From NCBI RefSeq assembly GCF_009914755.1, contig NC_060936.1: 64,000 bases of DNA, one strand, 5' to 3'. The DNA comes from the human T2T-CHM13v2.0 reference genome, Homo sapiens. A model generated the notes under the pieces. The model made no database searches. It was not told the DNA's origin and saw only the letters and a list, made by a program, of their open reading frames with translations. Shown here piece after piece: positions 25,649-41,582 of this stretch; the first letter of the stretch is position 1; each line of letters begins with the position of its first letter. Both the position numbers and the translations under genes were made by a program.

Positions 25649-27186
25649 TAGCTGGGTGTGATGGCGCATTCCTGTAGTTACAGCTACTCAGGAGGCTGGG
25701 GCGGAAGGATAGCTTGAGCCCCAGAGGTTGAGGTTGCAGTGAGCCACTGCACTCCAGTCCAGGCAATAGAGCCAGACCCTGTCTAAAAAAAAAAAAAAAG
25801 AAAAAAATTATTTAAGGATTATTTAAGGTAGTTTACCAAGATGTAGACATGACAAAATAGATATACAGGCAAGTAAAGAAATAAGGGAGAAAGTGAAAAA
25901 GGAGGAAAAATAGGGGTATGACTAAAGCTAGCAAGGAAAATAGCTGCCATACATACTTAAGAAAGGAGGGCTGTTTGCTTTATTTTGGCTGAAGGCCAAG
26001 TTGATTTATCCAGACTGCTGATAGACTTTTATTTTATATTTCACTTATTAAATATTAAGTTTAGGTTTTTCTACCCTACCTTCCCAGGGATTTGATGGAT
26101 AAAGTACTAACTGGTATTGTGACTTGTATGTTACAATAAACAATCTGTCAATTTCAATTTTTTTAATAATCGAGAGAGTTTTGAACATCACATGAAGTTT
26201 TTTGGCAAGTCAGATATAAAATACACGAAAAGACAAAAAATGTGGCAGCTATGCTATTCACCTTTCACATTTTGCCTATCTTTTTATCTGAAGTTTATAG
26301 AAAAGGCATTTTACTAAATTCAAAGTGAGAACTACTAATACTACACCTACATATGACCTCCTTATGGTGGACGGGTGTCAGCCAAAGCAGTTAAGTTTCA
26401 AAATGGCTATACTGATAGACTTTAACTCAAAAACTATAATCATTATTTGGTCATGTTTTGGTTGGATTACAATCTACAGAATGGGAAAACTTGCATCAGA
26501 TTTCTAGTTCTTTCCAGCTTTAAGATCCTATCATTTCCATCATCCTGTAAGATGTTATCTCTTTTTATGCATACTTTCTTTAAAGTCCAAGTCACTCAGA
26601 GAATGAGGTCATTATGCTGCTATTGATCTTGCTCACCATGGCAATATCAACACACAGAACCTAAATAAAGGAGCCTAAAATAAAAGTGCAAAATGTAACA
26701 CAGCTGCCAATTTTAGAGAATTTTTCAGAAGTATGTCATTTGTAGTATAGTAGGAATCTCAGCTCCAGTCTAAGCTGGGTCTGTTGCTGGGCTCAAGCAT
26801 GTCTGGGCATGTCTGGCAAACTGGCGAGGCAGGACTACAAGAAACCTGCTGCCATGGGGGCTGAAGCTGCTTCCTGGAACAGAACTCATTTTAGTGGAAG
26901 AGAGAATTAGAGAAGCCCTACAAGAAAGACTTAGTCATTGAATGGAGAGTAACAAATGCAGCGTGGGGTAGCTGTTACTCAAATCTGTCGCCAGTCTAGG
27001 CCCATGAAAGCATGTCTGGATCCCTAAGAGAAACAGAGCTCTGAGTAAAAACATAAAGGGCTGTTTCACTAAAAACCATATGATATTGGGCACAAGCAGT
27101 CTGCTTCGGGGTTCCCCTAACACAATGATCTCCATTTCTTCTGACTGTACTATGACTTTGGCTGTTTTGTTTGTATCCCAAATTTT

Positions 27187-30312
<3,126 letters not shown>

Positions 30313-30700
30313 CCCAACATCAACTTTTTATTCATGTCCTTCTTCAATCTAATATTTAACTATTTTTAGCTTTCTTGCCATGATTTCTTATGGTTAATTA
30401 ACCTTGTCATGAATAAATGTTGATGCTTTTCCGTATATTGCTTCTCAGTTTGAGTTCCCCAACACAGAATTCTGTTCGCTCTTCAAAATCCAGCTCAAAT
30501 TAATGAAACCAGATATAGTTATTGTATGTCTTACTATACACTTTGTCGAAATCCTACATTTTTCATGAAGCTTTCCTTGATTAACTCGGCCAAACATGAA
30601 CCATAATCTCCAGGGCTTAACACAGTGTCTGGCACATACATTTGTTGGGGCTCAGAAAATGATACCCCAAAGTATGGTGCTTTGGCATGCTGAGTACTTT

Positions 30701-31329
30701 TGTCAGAGGTGTTCGAACCACAGCGACTCGCATCGTGAATACGGGATGGGTAAAATAAGGCTGAAACCTACTGGGCTGCATTCCCAGGAGGTTAGGCATT
30801 CTAAGTTAGGATAAGATAGCAGGTCAGCACAAGATACAGGTCACAAACTCCTTGCTGGTAAAAGGATGTGGTAAAGAAGCTGACCAAAACACACAAAAAC
30901 CAAGATGCGATGTAAGTGACCTCTGGTCATCGTAGCTACTCATTATGTGCTAATTATAATACATTAGCATGCTAAGAGACAACTCCCACCAGTGCCTTGA
31001 CAGTTTACAAATGCCATGCCAATGTCGGGAAGTTACCCTATCGTCTAAAAAATGGAGAAACCCTCATTTCCAGGAACTGCCCACCCTTTTCCTGGAAAAC
31101 TCATGAATAATCTACCCCTTGTTTAGCGTATAATCAGGAGATGACCATAAAAGTGGCCAGCCAGAAGCCCTCAGTGCTGCTCTGTCTATGGAGTAGCCAT
31201 TCTTTTATTCCTTTACTTTCTTAATAAACTTGCTTTCACTTTACTGTATGGACTTACCCCAAATTCTTTCTTGTGTGAGGTCCAAGAACCCTCTCCTGGG
31301 GTCAGGATCGGGGCCCCTTTCTGGTAACA
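30701..31329 (+). mobile_element. MER41B-type ERV1 solo LTR, complete (629 bp)
   Basis: TGTCAGAGG...GGTAACA termini, 4-bp TSD CTTT (30697-30700, 31330-31333), internal AATAAA, tandem GAS segment present. Confidence 0.92.
31068..31097. promoter_or_regulatory. Tandem GAS (STAT, TTCNNNGAA) motifs in MER41B
   Basis: TTCCAGGAA at 31068-31076 and TTCCTGGAA at 31089-31097. Motifs are seen directly; function is not shown. Confidence 0.7.
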
Positions 31330-34155
31330 CTTTGTGTTTTCTTTTGTTTTCTTTTCTTTTTTCTTTTTTTTTTTTGGGGGGGGGATAAGGTCTTACTCTA
31401 TTGCCCAAACTGGAGTGCAATGGCTCTTGATCACTCACAGTTCACTGCAGCCTCAATCTCCTGGCTCAAGCTGTCCTCCCACCTCAGCCTCCCAAGTAGC
31501 TGGGACTACAGGTGCACACCACCACACCTGGCTAGTTAACAACAAAAAAAAGTGTTTTGTAGCGATGGAGTTTCATCCCATTGCTCAGGCTGGTCTCGAA
31601 CTCCTGGGCTCAAGTGATCCCCCTGCTTCAGTTTCCCAAAGTGCTGGGATTACAAGAGTGAGCCACTGCACCTGGCCCCCATGCTGAGTACTTTGAACTA
31701 AAGGAGATTGGAAAGCCTGAGAAGCAAAGTCTCTCACTGAACCTCTGTCCTGCTGTCTCCTATCCCTGTTACTCACCCTAGGCTAGTCATATAAACCAGA
31801 ACTCCTTTCCCCACAAAGTAAGCCATGAAACCAAGAAAGGTCACTCTCTGCCTTCTCATTTGAAGACTCTCATTCCAGAGAAGTCTGCTCTATACCTGGG
31901 TGTGGAAGGAATGCTACACAGAGAGGTCAAGACGAATCTGGACAGGCCTTGCTGGGTTTCCACACTCAGTCTATTACTATTAGTTCATTCTCTTTTTGTA
32001 CAATCACATTTCTACATGGATGTCCACTCTGTTGAATCTAGGCATACAAATGGACAGCTTTCTCTGGGTCTTTACTTCTGAAGGCTCCTGTGTCACATAA
32101 GACTTCCATTAAATTAATTTGTTACACTTTTCTCTTGTTAACCTGTCTTTTGTTGTAGAAGTGTTGGCCATGACCCTTATGATGGGTGAGGAAAGGTATG
32201 GAGTGCAGTGGCATGATCATGGCTCACTGCAGCCTCAACCTCCAGGGCTCAAGTGAACCTCCCACTTCAGCCTCCTGAGTAGCTGGGACTACAGGTGTGC
32301 CGTAGAGACAGGGTCTCGCTATTTTACCCAGGCTGGTCTCAAACTCCTGGGCTCAAGTGAGCCTCCTACTTTGGCCTCCCAAAGTGCTGGGATTACAGGT
32401 ATAAGCCACCCTGCCGGCCTTCTGATAGTTTTTAATTTACAGTTTACAGTGTATTTCACTTTAATACATTCCTTATCTAAGATTGCCTTTGAGGTTTAAA
32501 ATGTTGGAAGTTAATACCTTACATTGTATGTGCCTCTGAAGGTATCTGTAAATGATGTCCCATGTTATTATTTTTGCATTCCCTTAGAGGCAACATTTTA
32601 TATAACAGTTGTCCAAAGGCCTAAGGCAGAGGATGTAATACTGGGTACTCACGGTATATGACGACTTTCCCAAATGGGAAATGAGCATGGAGGCTCTGTT
32701 TTCAGGCAGTCAGTTCTATCCTCATTTTCCTTGAGTAGAAGCATCCCTAAAATTGGCCTGAAAATGTGTCCTTGGGTCAGGGTGTAATGTGGGCTCTTTT
32801 CCAGTCTCCTTTCTTCCAATGACCTCTTCCCTACTTTACAAAAGAAAGGCATAATTCTTCCTCATGCTAAATCTTAGTAAGGTGCAATACCCGGTTATGC
32901 AAAAACCTCCAGGACACCAAAGAAAGGCACAATTGACTGGTGAATAAGAATGGGGTAACACATCCTTTCACAAGTCAGGTGGTTTTCAGTTGCTTGCTTT
33001 CAACAAGTTGAAAGAGAACCTAATCAGAGTTGTCAGCTGACAGATCATTAAAAGTATTTTTTCTTTGTTAGATCTTTATGCGATTTTTGGGCATATAATG
33101 CGAAAGGCATTCAAAGAATTGTGTGGCATTACTATAACAAAACTCCATTCATTCTCATCTGCTTTTTTTATGCGAACAAGTTTTCTCAACACTTATATCC
33201 ATGGAATTGAAAACTTGGAATAGAACTGATGCTGAACTATTTCTCAAAAAAATCCATCCACTGAAGGTCATAATGTATATTAGAAAAAAGTCCACCCAAG
33301 TTCATTTCTGCAAGATGCATTGCCAATAAAATTTTGCTTTTGTGTTTAGTACTTACAAACATTTGAAATAGATTTGTTTTGATCGGTTGAAATAAGAGCT
33401 TTATGATCACAGAAAATATAAAAAACAACCCAGATACTTCAATTTATGTTCACATTTTTATTACAAGTAAGACGATCAAAATAGTTCAAATATAAAATAT
33501 ATTACTAGGATAAAATTCTAGAGGAGATATGCAACGTCAATATGAGTTCCAGAAAACAATATTTGGAAATTGTATTTTCCAAACTGTATTTTAAAAAAAT
33601 GGATATTAGTGGGTGTTAAATCCCTATGGTATTTAGAATCCATTGGCTATACAGTATTTAAACAATGCGACAGATGAAATATTTATAAGCCGGAAAAATG
33701 TAGCTGTCATTCTAAACTGTATAAGAACATACACAGCTTTACGAAATTGTTTTAGAAGGCTCATGAAGTAAAAAGTTTGAGGACCTTGAACCAAGATGTT
33801 TGCTCTGGGTTCAGGATGTCAACATCTCCAGGGGTATTCAAACATAGGGTGTATTAAAACCTGTCGCCCTGTGTTGCGCATAAAAATTTAGTACCTTACA
33901 CCGTAGTGTTTTAATTTTTGCCCATTTTAAACCGCTCTCTTCGTAGACTGTAGGCTCGTTCTATTCCTGGCTCAGCTCCTGTACAGAGGGGACACTCCTC
34001 AAACACCCCCGGAATGAATGAGTTTATCGTGAGAACTCGGAAGGCTGCTAAAATCCCCGGCCAGCGTTGGAGTTTTCAGTCCGCGTGTCCCTGGGCTTCG
34101 AAGCCCGGCAGGGCGTGGGAAGGCCCCGAGGAAACGCTGAGCACTTGCAGGCGCC

Positions 34156-34214
34156 GGGGCGGGGGCGGGGGCGGGCACTGGGCAGCGGGGCGGGCGCCGG
34201 GCGGGGGCGGGGGC
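34156..34214 (+). promoter_or_regulatory. GC-box (Sp/KLF) cluster with G-quadruplex potential
   Basis: Repeated GGGGCGGGGGCGGGGGCGGG and GCGGGGGCGGGGGCG runs ~270-320 nt upstream of the ATG. Confidence 0.75.
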
Positions 34215-34474
34215 GCAGAACCCGCAGCCGGGGGAGGTGCTGCCTCGTGCCGCCGCGCAGGCGCGCAGCAGTCTCCGTGTGAGTGCGCGTAGTCGCGCGC
34301 CTGTCCCCGCGCGGGCTCCGTAGCGCGTGTGCAGGCTGACGCAGCTCGCGGGCCCTCCTCCTGCTCTGCAGCGGCGTCGGCGGAGTTTTGGGCGTTTGGG
34401 AGGGGGGCGAGGGAGAGAGAGTCGAGAGAGGGAGGCGGCGGTGGGGAGGAGGAGGAGGAGGAGCAGGCGCCGCC

Positions 34475-34585
34475 ATGGCCGCCGCTATCACCGACATGGC
34501 CGACCTGGAGGAGCTCTCCCGCCTGAGCCCTCTGCCCCCCGGCAGCCCGGGTTCGGCGGCGCGGGGCCGGGCTGAGCCCCCCGAG

Positions 34586-34619
<34 letters not shown>

Positions 34620-35145
34620 CGGAGGCCGAGGCGGTGGCGGCGCTGCTGCTGAACGGCGGCAGCGGTGGGGGCGGCGGAGGCGGCGGCGGAGGAGTGGGGG
34701 GCGGCGAGGCAGAGACGATGTCGGAGCCGAGCCCCGAGAGCGCCAGCCAGGCCGGGGAGGACGAAGACGAGGAGGAGGACGACGAGGAGGAGGAAGATGA
34801 GAGCAGCAGCAGCGGCGGGGGTGAGGAGGAGAGTAGCGCCGAGAGCCTGGTGGGCAGCAGCGGCGGGAGCAGCAGCGACGAGACCCGCTCGTTGAGCCCC
34901 GGCGCCGCCAGCAGCAGCAGCGGGGATGGGGACGGCAAGGAGGGCCTGGAGGAGCCCAAGGGACCGCGGGGCAGCCAGGGCGGCGGCGGGGGCGGCAGCA
35001 GTAGCAGCAGCGTAGTCTCCAGCGGCGGCGACGAGGGCTACGGGACTGGGGGAGGCGGAAGCAGCGCGACCTCCGGGGGCCGGCGGGGCAGCTTGGAGAT
35101 GTCGTCGGATGGGGAACCCCTGAGCCGCATGGACTCGGAGGACAG
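34475..35145 (+). CDS. AEBP2: AEBP2 long isoform, coding exon 1 (acidic/Gly/Ser low-complexity N-terminus, MAAAITDMADLEELSRLSPL...SRMDSED)
   Basis: GCCGCCATGG Kozak at 34475 within ORF 34388-35158; translation matches recalled AEBP2 N-terminus; donor CAG|GTCAGT after 35145; 671 nt (phase 2) joins exon 2 in frame (AG+C=Ser). Confidence 0.97.
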
Positions 35146-35479
35146 GTCAGTGCTCTGAAGCGTTTCCCCTTCCCTTCCTCCTCTTGAACTCCCGGGCCCC
35201 TCAGAGGGGGACCAAGGCGACGTTTTGCCGCGATCCCCCTGCTCCCCGAATCCTCGGCCCCTCCCCCAGACTCTCAACTCGGAAATCTCTCGCCGTCGCC
35301 GCCGCGCCCCTCTTGCAGCGCATCGCGGCTTCCAACTCTCAAACCGTTCCCCCCCAACTCTCCTTTCCCCGCCCTCTTTCCCCTCGGCGCTTCGCTCCTC
35401 ACGGACCTCAGGACGGCTCTAACTCGGAAACAGTCCCCAAACGGGCCCAGATCCTCTGGCGGAGCAGAAGAGGGCCTTG

Positions 35480-35502
35480 ATGTACACACGTCGGTACTCA
35501 AG
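35480..35502 (+). CDS. AEBP2: AEBP2 alternative first coding exon of the short isoform (MYTRRYS/S)
   Basis: ATG TAC ACA CGT CGG TAC TCA AG|GTTAGC; phase-2 donor compatible with exon 2, giving [18 protein letters not shown], as I recall for short AEBP2; lies at the 3' edge of the CpG island. Confidence 0.85.
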
Positions 35503-36987
35503 GTTAGCTTCTTCCAACCGTGTTCGGGAACACTTGTCAGAACTACAATTGACAAGTGTTTCCAATATGGCTGGTCTCGCCTGGATTTAACAGAACTTCC
35601 TTGTCCATGGGAGAGACCCCAGCTATCACTTTTCTCTACTTAAACAAAAAAAGGACTGTTCTTTTATATTAAATCATTGCCTCCCAAATCCCTCATTTGT
35701 AGTCAGTCATGTGGTCTCCAACGTGATTTTAACAATCTTTTCTATTTGTTTTGGGAGCATATCTGGGAAAAAGTTTTAAACACGTATAAATGGTTGTGGA
35801 AAAGAATAGTGAATTGATGGCCTTTTAAGATAACTTTGCGGAATCAGAGAGTTGGAATCGTAACAAAATACAGTCTTGAAGGTACAACGTAGTTTGCGGC
35901 TTTATAGTAATGTTTCAACATGAGAGTCATGATTTTAAATGATAATATTTAAAGTCATGCATTGGAGAGGTCTCGGAAGGAAGGAGTATTATTTTTCTTA
36001 CTAAAGCTTGTTAGAAGTAACTGGAGAGTGACAAAAATGCGCATTTTTTCAGAACATTTAAAAAGTGTGATAGTGTATGTTTCAATTGTCTTATCATTAC
36101 TTTTGATCTGTTTGGGTTAGTTGGTTTTTAATGTACTTTTAAAAAAACGAGAATCACATGCATATTATGCCACTTCTAAAGTGTATTAGCGTTTATTTTG
36201 ACCATCTATGTTTTGACAATCACATTTTTTTTAAACATGCTCTCCAGAAAAGTATAGCAATGGAAATTTTAGTGGTCGATAGTGATTTTCATTTAAGAGT
36301 TTAATATTCTAAAGTTCTAGGAATTCTGATTAATTGATTAAAAACGAACACCTTAGTATTTAATGCTACAAGTAATACAGAGTCCTGGATATTTTGAAAA
36401 TCTGGCATTAGATTCTGTTTGACATTAACGTCTAGTTAAGAAAATATCTTCGGGTAAAGTAGACTGTATAAACCTTAGAAAAATTGTGTTGAACTGTGTA
36501 GGCATGGGTAGGAAGGAGAATGTCTTCAAGAAAATTAAAAATTGATGTAAACTGCACAATGAAGCATGTGCTATTTTTACCATTTTATGCTCCTCTGATA
36601 CCATTACATATCTGAAAGTTGACATTAGTTTATAAAATCAGCGTTTTTCATTTACTCAGTATACACGTATTATGCTTGCCTACCACTGTACAAATTAGAT
36701 GTCTTCCATTTCATTCCCACAACTATGGTGCAAGATAGGTATTATTTTGACTTCTGTTTAACAGATGAAGAAGCAAGTTGAGTATCTTACTCAGGACAGT
36801 AAATACAGCATGGAAATGGTGGGCTGGATATGAGCAAAGGTTCTCAAGTCCCCTATTATTTCCACTGAAGAGTTAAAATAATTCGCCTTAAATAAGTTGA
36901 GGCCGGGCGCGGTGGCTCAGGCCTGTTAACCCCAGGACTTTGGGAGGCCGAGGTGGGCGGATCACCTGAGTTGGGAGTTTGAGATCA

Positions 36988-37242
<255 letters not shown>

Positions 37243-37844
37243 TCACTTCAGGAGACGAATTATTGGTTAAGTACATTTAGGAAGTGGAGTTGTGGCTTTT
37301 ATTTGACATTAATGAGATATTTACTTGAGTATATAATTTTTACATCTTATTTCAGAATAAGAAGTAAAATACGGGTGTCACAAATCCAACTACAGTTAAA
37401 ACTTGATAACCAAGCAAACTTGGTTTTCTTAATGCTTAATTTTAGAGACTACAAAATACTGTTTTTAATGTCACCATTTCAGGGTAATAGATTTGTCACT
37501 TGTATGAAGAAGGCTTACTAGTGAAACTGGCTTGGGGTCTTAATAATCTTAATTCTGAAACATCTTCTTGTTGCCTTTGAGATTTTTCTCCCAGTTATTT
37601 TGAGTTTGGAAAGGATCCCTAATTCTTATAAATTACTGTAGATTACATCAATCTGTGGATTTTATAGGTTGATTTCATGGTAAGAAAACTTCATTTTTGT
37701 AACCAGTGGAAGGATAATCTTAGTTTTAAAGTGCTCTATAACATTTTTAGGCATTCCTATTACAAAGATTCTATTATAATGCCCATTTACCTTTCCCATC
37801 GTTTTGGTTACGTTGTGCTTTTTAGTTTATCTGATATGCTCTAG

Positions 37845-38014
<170 letters not shown>

Positions 38015-38740
38015 TGAGTGCCACCACCCCTGGCTAATTTTTGTTTTTAGTAGAGATGCGATTTCACCATGTTGTCCAGGCTGGTCTTGAAATTCCTTGA
38101 CCTCAAATGATCCTCCCACCTGGGTCTTCCAAAGTGCTGGGATTACAGGAGTGAGCCGCCACCGCAGGCCATGTTAAATATCTTAAGTGCTACTTTTAAA
38201 AAGATAATTAGGCCGGGCATGGTGGCTCACCCCTGTAATCCCAGCACTTTGGGAGGCCGAGTCGGGTGGATCATTTGAGGTCAAGGAATTCCAAGACCAG
38301 CCTGGACAACATGGTGAAACCCCATCTCTACTAAAAATACAAAAAAATGAGCCAGGCATGGTGGTGCAGGCATGTAATCCCAGCTACTCAGGAGGCTGGG
38401 GCAGGAGAATGGCTTGAATCTGGGAGGCGGAGGTTACAGTGAGCTGAGATTGCACCACTGCACTCCAGCGTGGGCGACAGAGCAAGACTCCATCTCAAAA
38501 AAAGATAATTAAATATAAAGACATAGATATTAGAGGTTATGACCTGAGATGTCATTTATGGTATTGGAAGGTTTTGTGGTAAAAAGTGACTAATTTATGA
38601 AATGATTAAATACCACTTGGTACAAAAAGTTGATTTTTTTCCCCCCAGAAGAAAGTTTTTCAAAACCAGTGTAAGTTTATAGCGTGTTTATTTTAGTAAA
38701 TTTAGAAATTCTTGAAATTTATATGTAATTTTATTTTTAC

Positions 38741-38800
38741 TTTGGTTATAAAGATAGTAGGGAGAAGTATTTTGGTTATAAAGATAGTAGGGAGAAGTAT
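38741..38800 (+). repeat. Perfect 30-bp tandem duplication
   Basis: TTTGGTTATAAAGATAGTAGGGAGAAGTAT twice. Confidence 0.95.
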
Positions 38801-39891
38801 TTAGCTATGTGAAACCGCTAAAAACTAGCTTTTCTTTACTCTGAACTTTTTTTCTCTTCAGTGAAGCTGAAGTACTTTTTAAAAAAGTTATGCTCTTAGG
38901 TTAATTTCAGAGGCTATGGTAACTTTAAAAAAAATTAAAAAAATTTTAAACATAATTTTATTTTCATTCTTCCAACACAGTATCATGTAAAAATAGTTTA
39001 AAATATGGTTGAATGAATGAGTCATCCAAAAAGTGATCAAATGTCAGCACTTGTTACTGAACGTGTATTTATGCTAAAAAAGTTAATGCCGAGAAAATAG
39101 AAGACAGTCTCAAGTTCAAGTAGTAAATTAGCTTTTAAATGGAATTTTAATATTTAAAATGCCCGTGGAGTTAGTTAACAAATTAGTACTAGCTATTGAA
39201 TCAGTTAATATATGAAAGTACTCTTGGCCAGGCATGTGGCCCACACCTGTGATTCCAGCACTTTGGGAGGCCGAGGAGGGCAGATCACATGAGGTCAGGA
39301 GACTAGCCTGAGCATGAACCACCAGACCTGGCCCAAATCTTAATATTACTGCCTATATTTCAATTTTTGAGTAGTATATCTTTGAACTTTAGTTCCTCAA
39401 CTACAAAACAGGTATTACTCTGAAGTGTTGTTTTGTGGTTCAAGTGAAATAATTTCTGTTAAAGAGCGCTGTGAACTGTTTGGAGGAATCCATCCACGTT
39501 GCTTGAATGCGTGCATCTTTTCTGTTGTAGAATGGTATTTTGGAGGGCAGGGACATTTTTGCTTTTTTAGTATCTTTGTAAGTACCTAACATAATATCTT
39601 GGGTGTGGTGAATACTCCATTAATTACTAGCATTAAATTGAGAATACCAACAGTAGTATGTATGTATGCATTTATGTATTTATTTTGAGACAGAGTCTTG
39701 CTCTGTCACGCAGGCTGGAGTGCAGTGGCGCGATCTCAGCTCACTGCAGCCTCTGCCTCCTGAGTAGCTGGGACCACAGGCACCTGGCCCAACAGTAGTA
39801 TTTATTTAACGTCTTACTACTTGAGGTCTCTTGTCTATGAAAGGGGGACAATAATGGTTCCTATCCTGTAAGATTGCAATGTGAATTGTAG

Positions 39892-40328
<437 letters not shown>

Positions 40329-40617
40329 TAAAACAAAACCCTTACCTCATGAGTGGCAGAGAGAATCACTGCACAAATGAATTGATAATAGCTAGTAACG
40401 TCTGTTATTGTGAAGTGCTGTACGATCTGGAATGCCCAAAAGTACTGTATCAATCAGGTGTTAGATGTATGACAAGAGTCTGCAAATGAGTGTTGCAGAA
40501 ATTTGCAAAAGGATATGGTAGACTAAAATATTTGATTACAGCATGTACATTTTAATCAGTTTTCTATGACTGTTCTGTGGTGGGCCTAAAAGCCTTCATA
40601 TGAAACCTTTCATTTTA

Positions 40618-40717
40618 AATTGTTTTTAATATGTACGTGCAGCTAGTTATAAAAAAATATAACTAGCTTTCTTTTTTTTGGACGATAACTAGCTGAACGT
40701 ACATATTAAAAACAATT
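40618..40717. repeat. 33-bp inverted repeat (1 mismatch) abutting the U6 copy
   Basis: AATTGTTTTTAATATGTACGTGCAGCTAGTTAT (40618-40650) versus ATAACTAGCTGAACGTACATATTAAAAACAATT (40685-40717). Confidence 0.93.
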
Positions 40718-40719
40718 AG

Positions 40720-40827
40720 AAAAGAAATGGAATGCTTCATGAATTTGCATGTCATCCTTGTGCAGGGGCCATGCTCATTTTCTCTGTATTGTTACAAGTT
40801 TATCATATATGTTGCTGAAGCAAGCAT
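40720..40827 (-). pseudogene. U6 snRNA pseudogene, near full length
   Basis: Reverse complement aligns to U6 (ATGCTTGCTTCAGCAACATATATGATAAACTTGTAACAATACAGAGAAAATGAGCATGGCCCCTGCACAAGGATGACATGCAAATTCATGAAGCATTCCAT) with CpG decay. Confidence 0.92.
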
Positions 40828-41323
40828 GCCAGTTATCTATTGGTAAAAAGTTTTGGAATAAGTTTTCTAGTAATGGCTATGCATGGCAGTGGTCTAACCT
40901 ATGATTAATTTATTTTTGCGATGAATAGTTTGTATTTGTGAAAGTAGTAATTATATTGGTCTTAAATACTAAGACCCATTGCGCCCCATTTAGTGATAAG
41001 AAACATGACGGTATCTCCTCAGATACTTTGTTTTTAAAGAGCAGGCTAAAGAGATTATTGTATTCTGTTTTTTCTGTAAATTGCGACATGGTGCATTCAA
41101 ATTAGAACTGGAGGCAGGTATGGTTACTCACACCTGTCATCCCTGCACTTTGGAAGGCCAAGGTGGGAGGATCCCTTGAGCCTAGGGGTTCGAGACCAGC
41201 CAGGACAGTGTAACAAGATCCCATCTACAGGCGGGACACGGTAGCTCACGCCTGTAATCCCAGCACTTTTGGAGGCTGAAGCAGGCAGATCACAAGGTCA
41301 GGAGATCAAGACCATCCTGGCTA

Positions 41324-41582
<259 letters not shown>

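Larger units (their letters stand above)
30643..32198 (+). mobile_element. Older ERV1 LTR (MER31/MER34-like) hosting an AluJ and MER41B
   Basis: TGTTGGGGCTCAGAAAATGATACCCCAAAGTATGG start; resumes after the duplicated CATGCTGAGTACTTT (30686-30700 and 31680-31694); subfamily uncertain. Confidence 0.65.
34040..35560. promoter_or_regulatory. CpG island / TATA-less AEBP2 promoter(s)
   Basis: Abrupt switch to very GC- and CpG-rich sequence covering both first exons; no TATA box seen; boundaries approximate. Confidence 0.93.

Noticed and set aside
34361-34474. In-frame N-terminal extension of AEBP2 from CTG 34361 or TTG 34388
   Set aside because: Near-cognate codons in unremarkable context, whereas ATG 34475 has a perfect Kozak; openness is expected in GC-rich DNA.
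34048-34959. 303-aa antisense ORF over AEBP2 exon 1
   Set aside because: Shadow of GC-rich triplet-repeat coding sequence (poly-S/P mirrors GAG/GGC runs); no domain or independent splice/poly(A) evidence.
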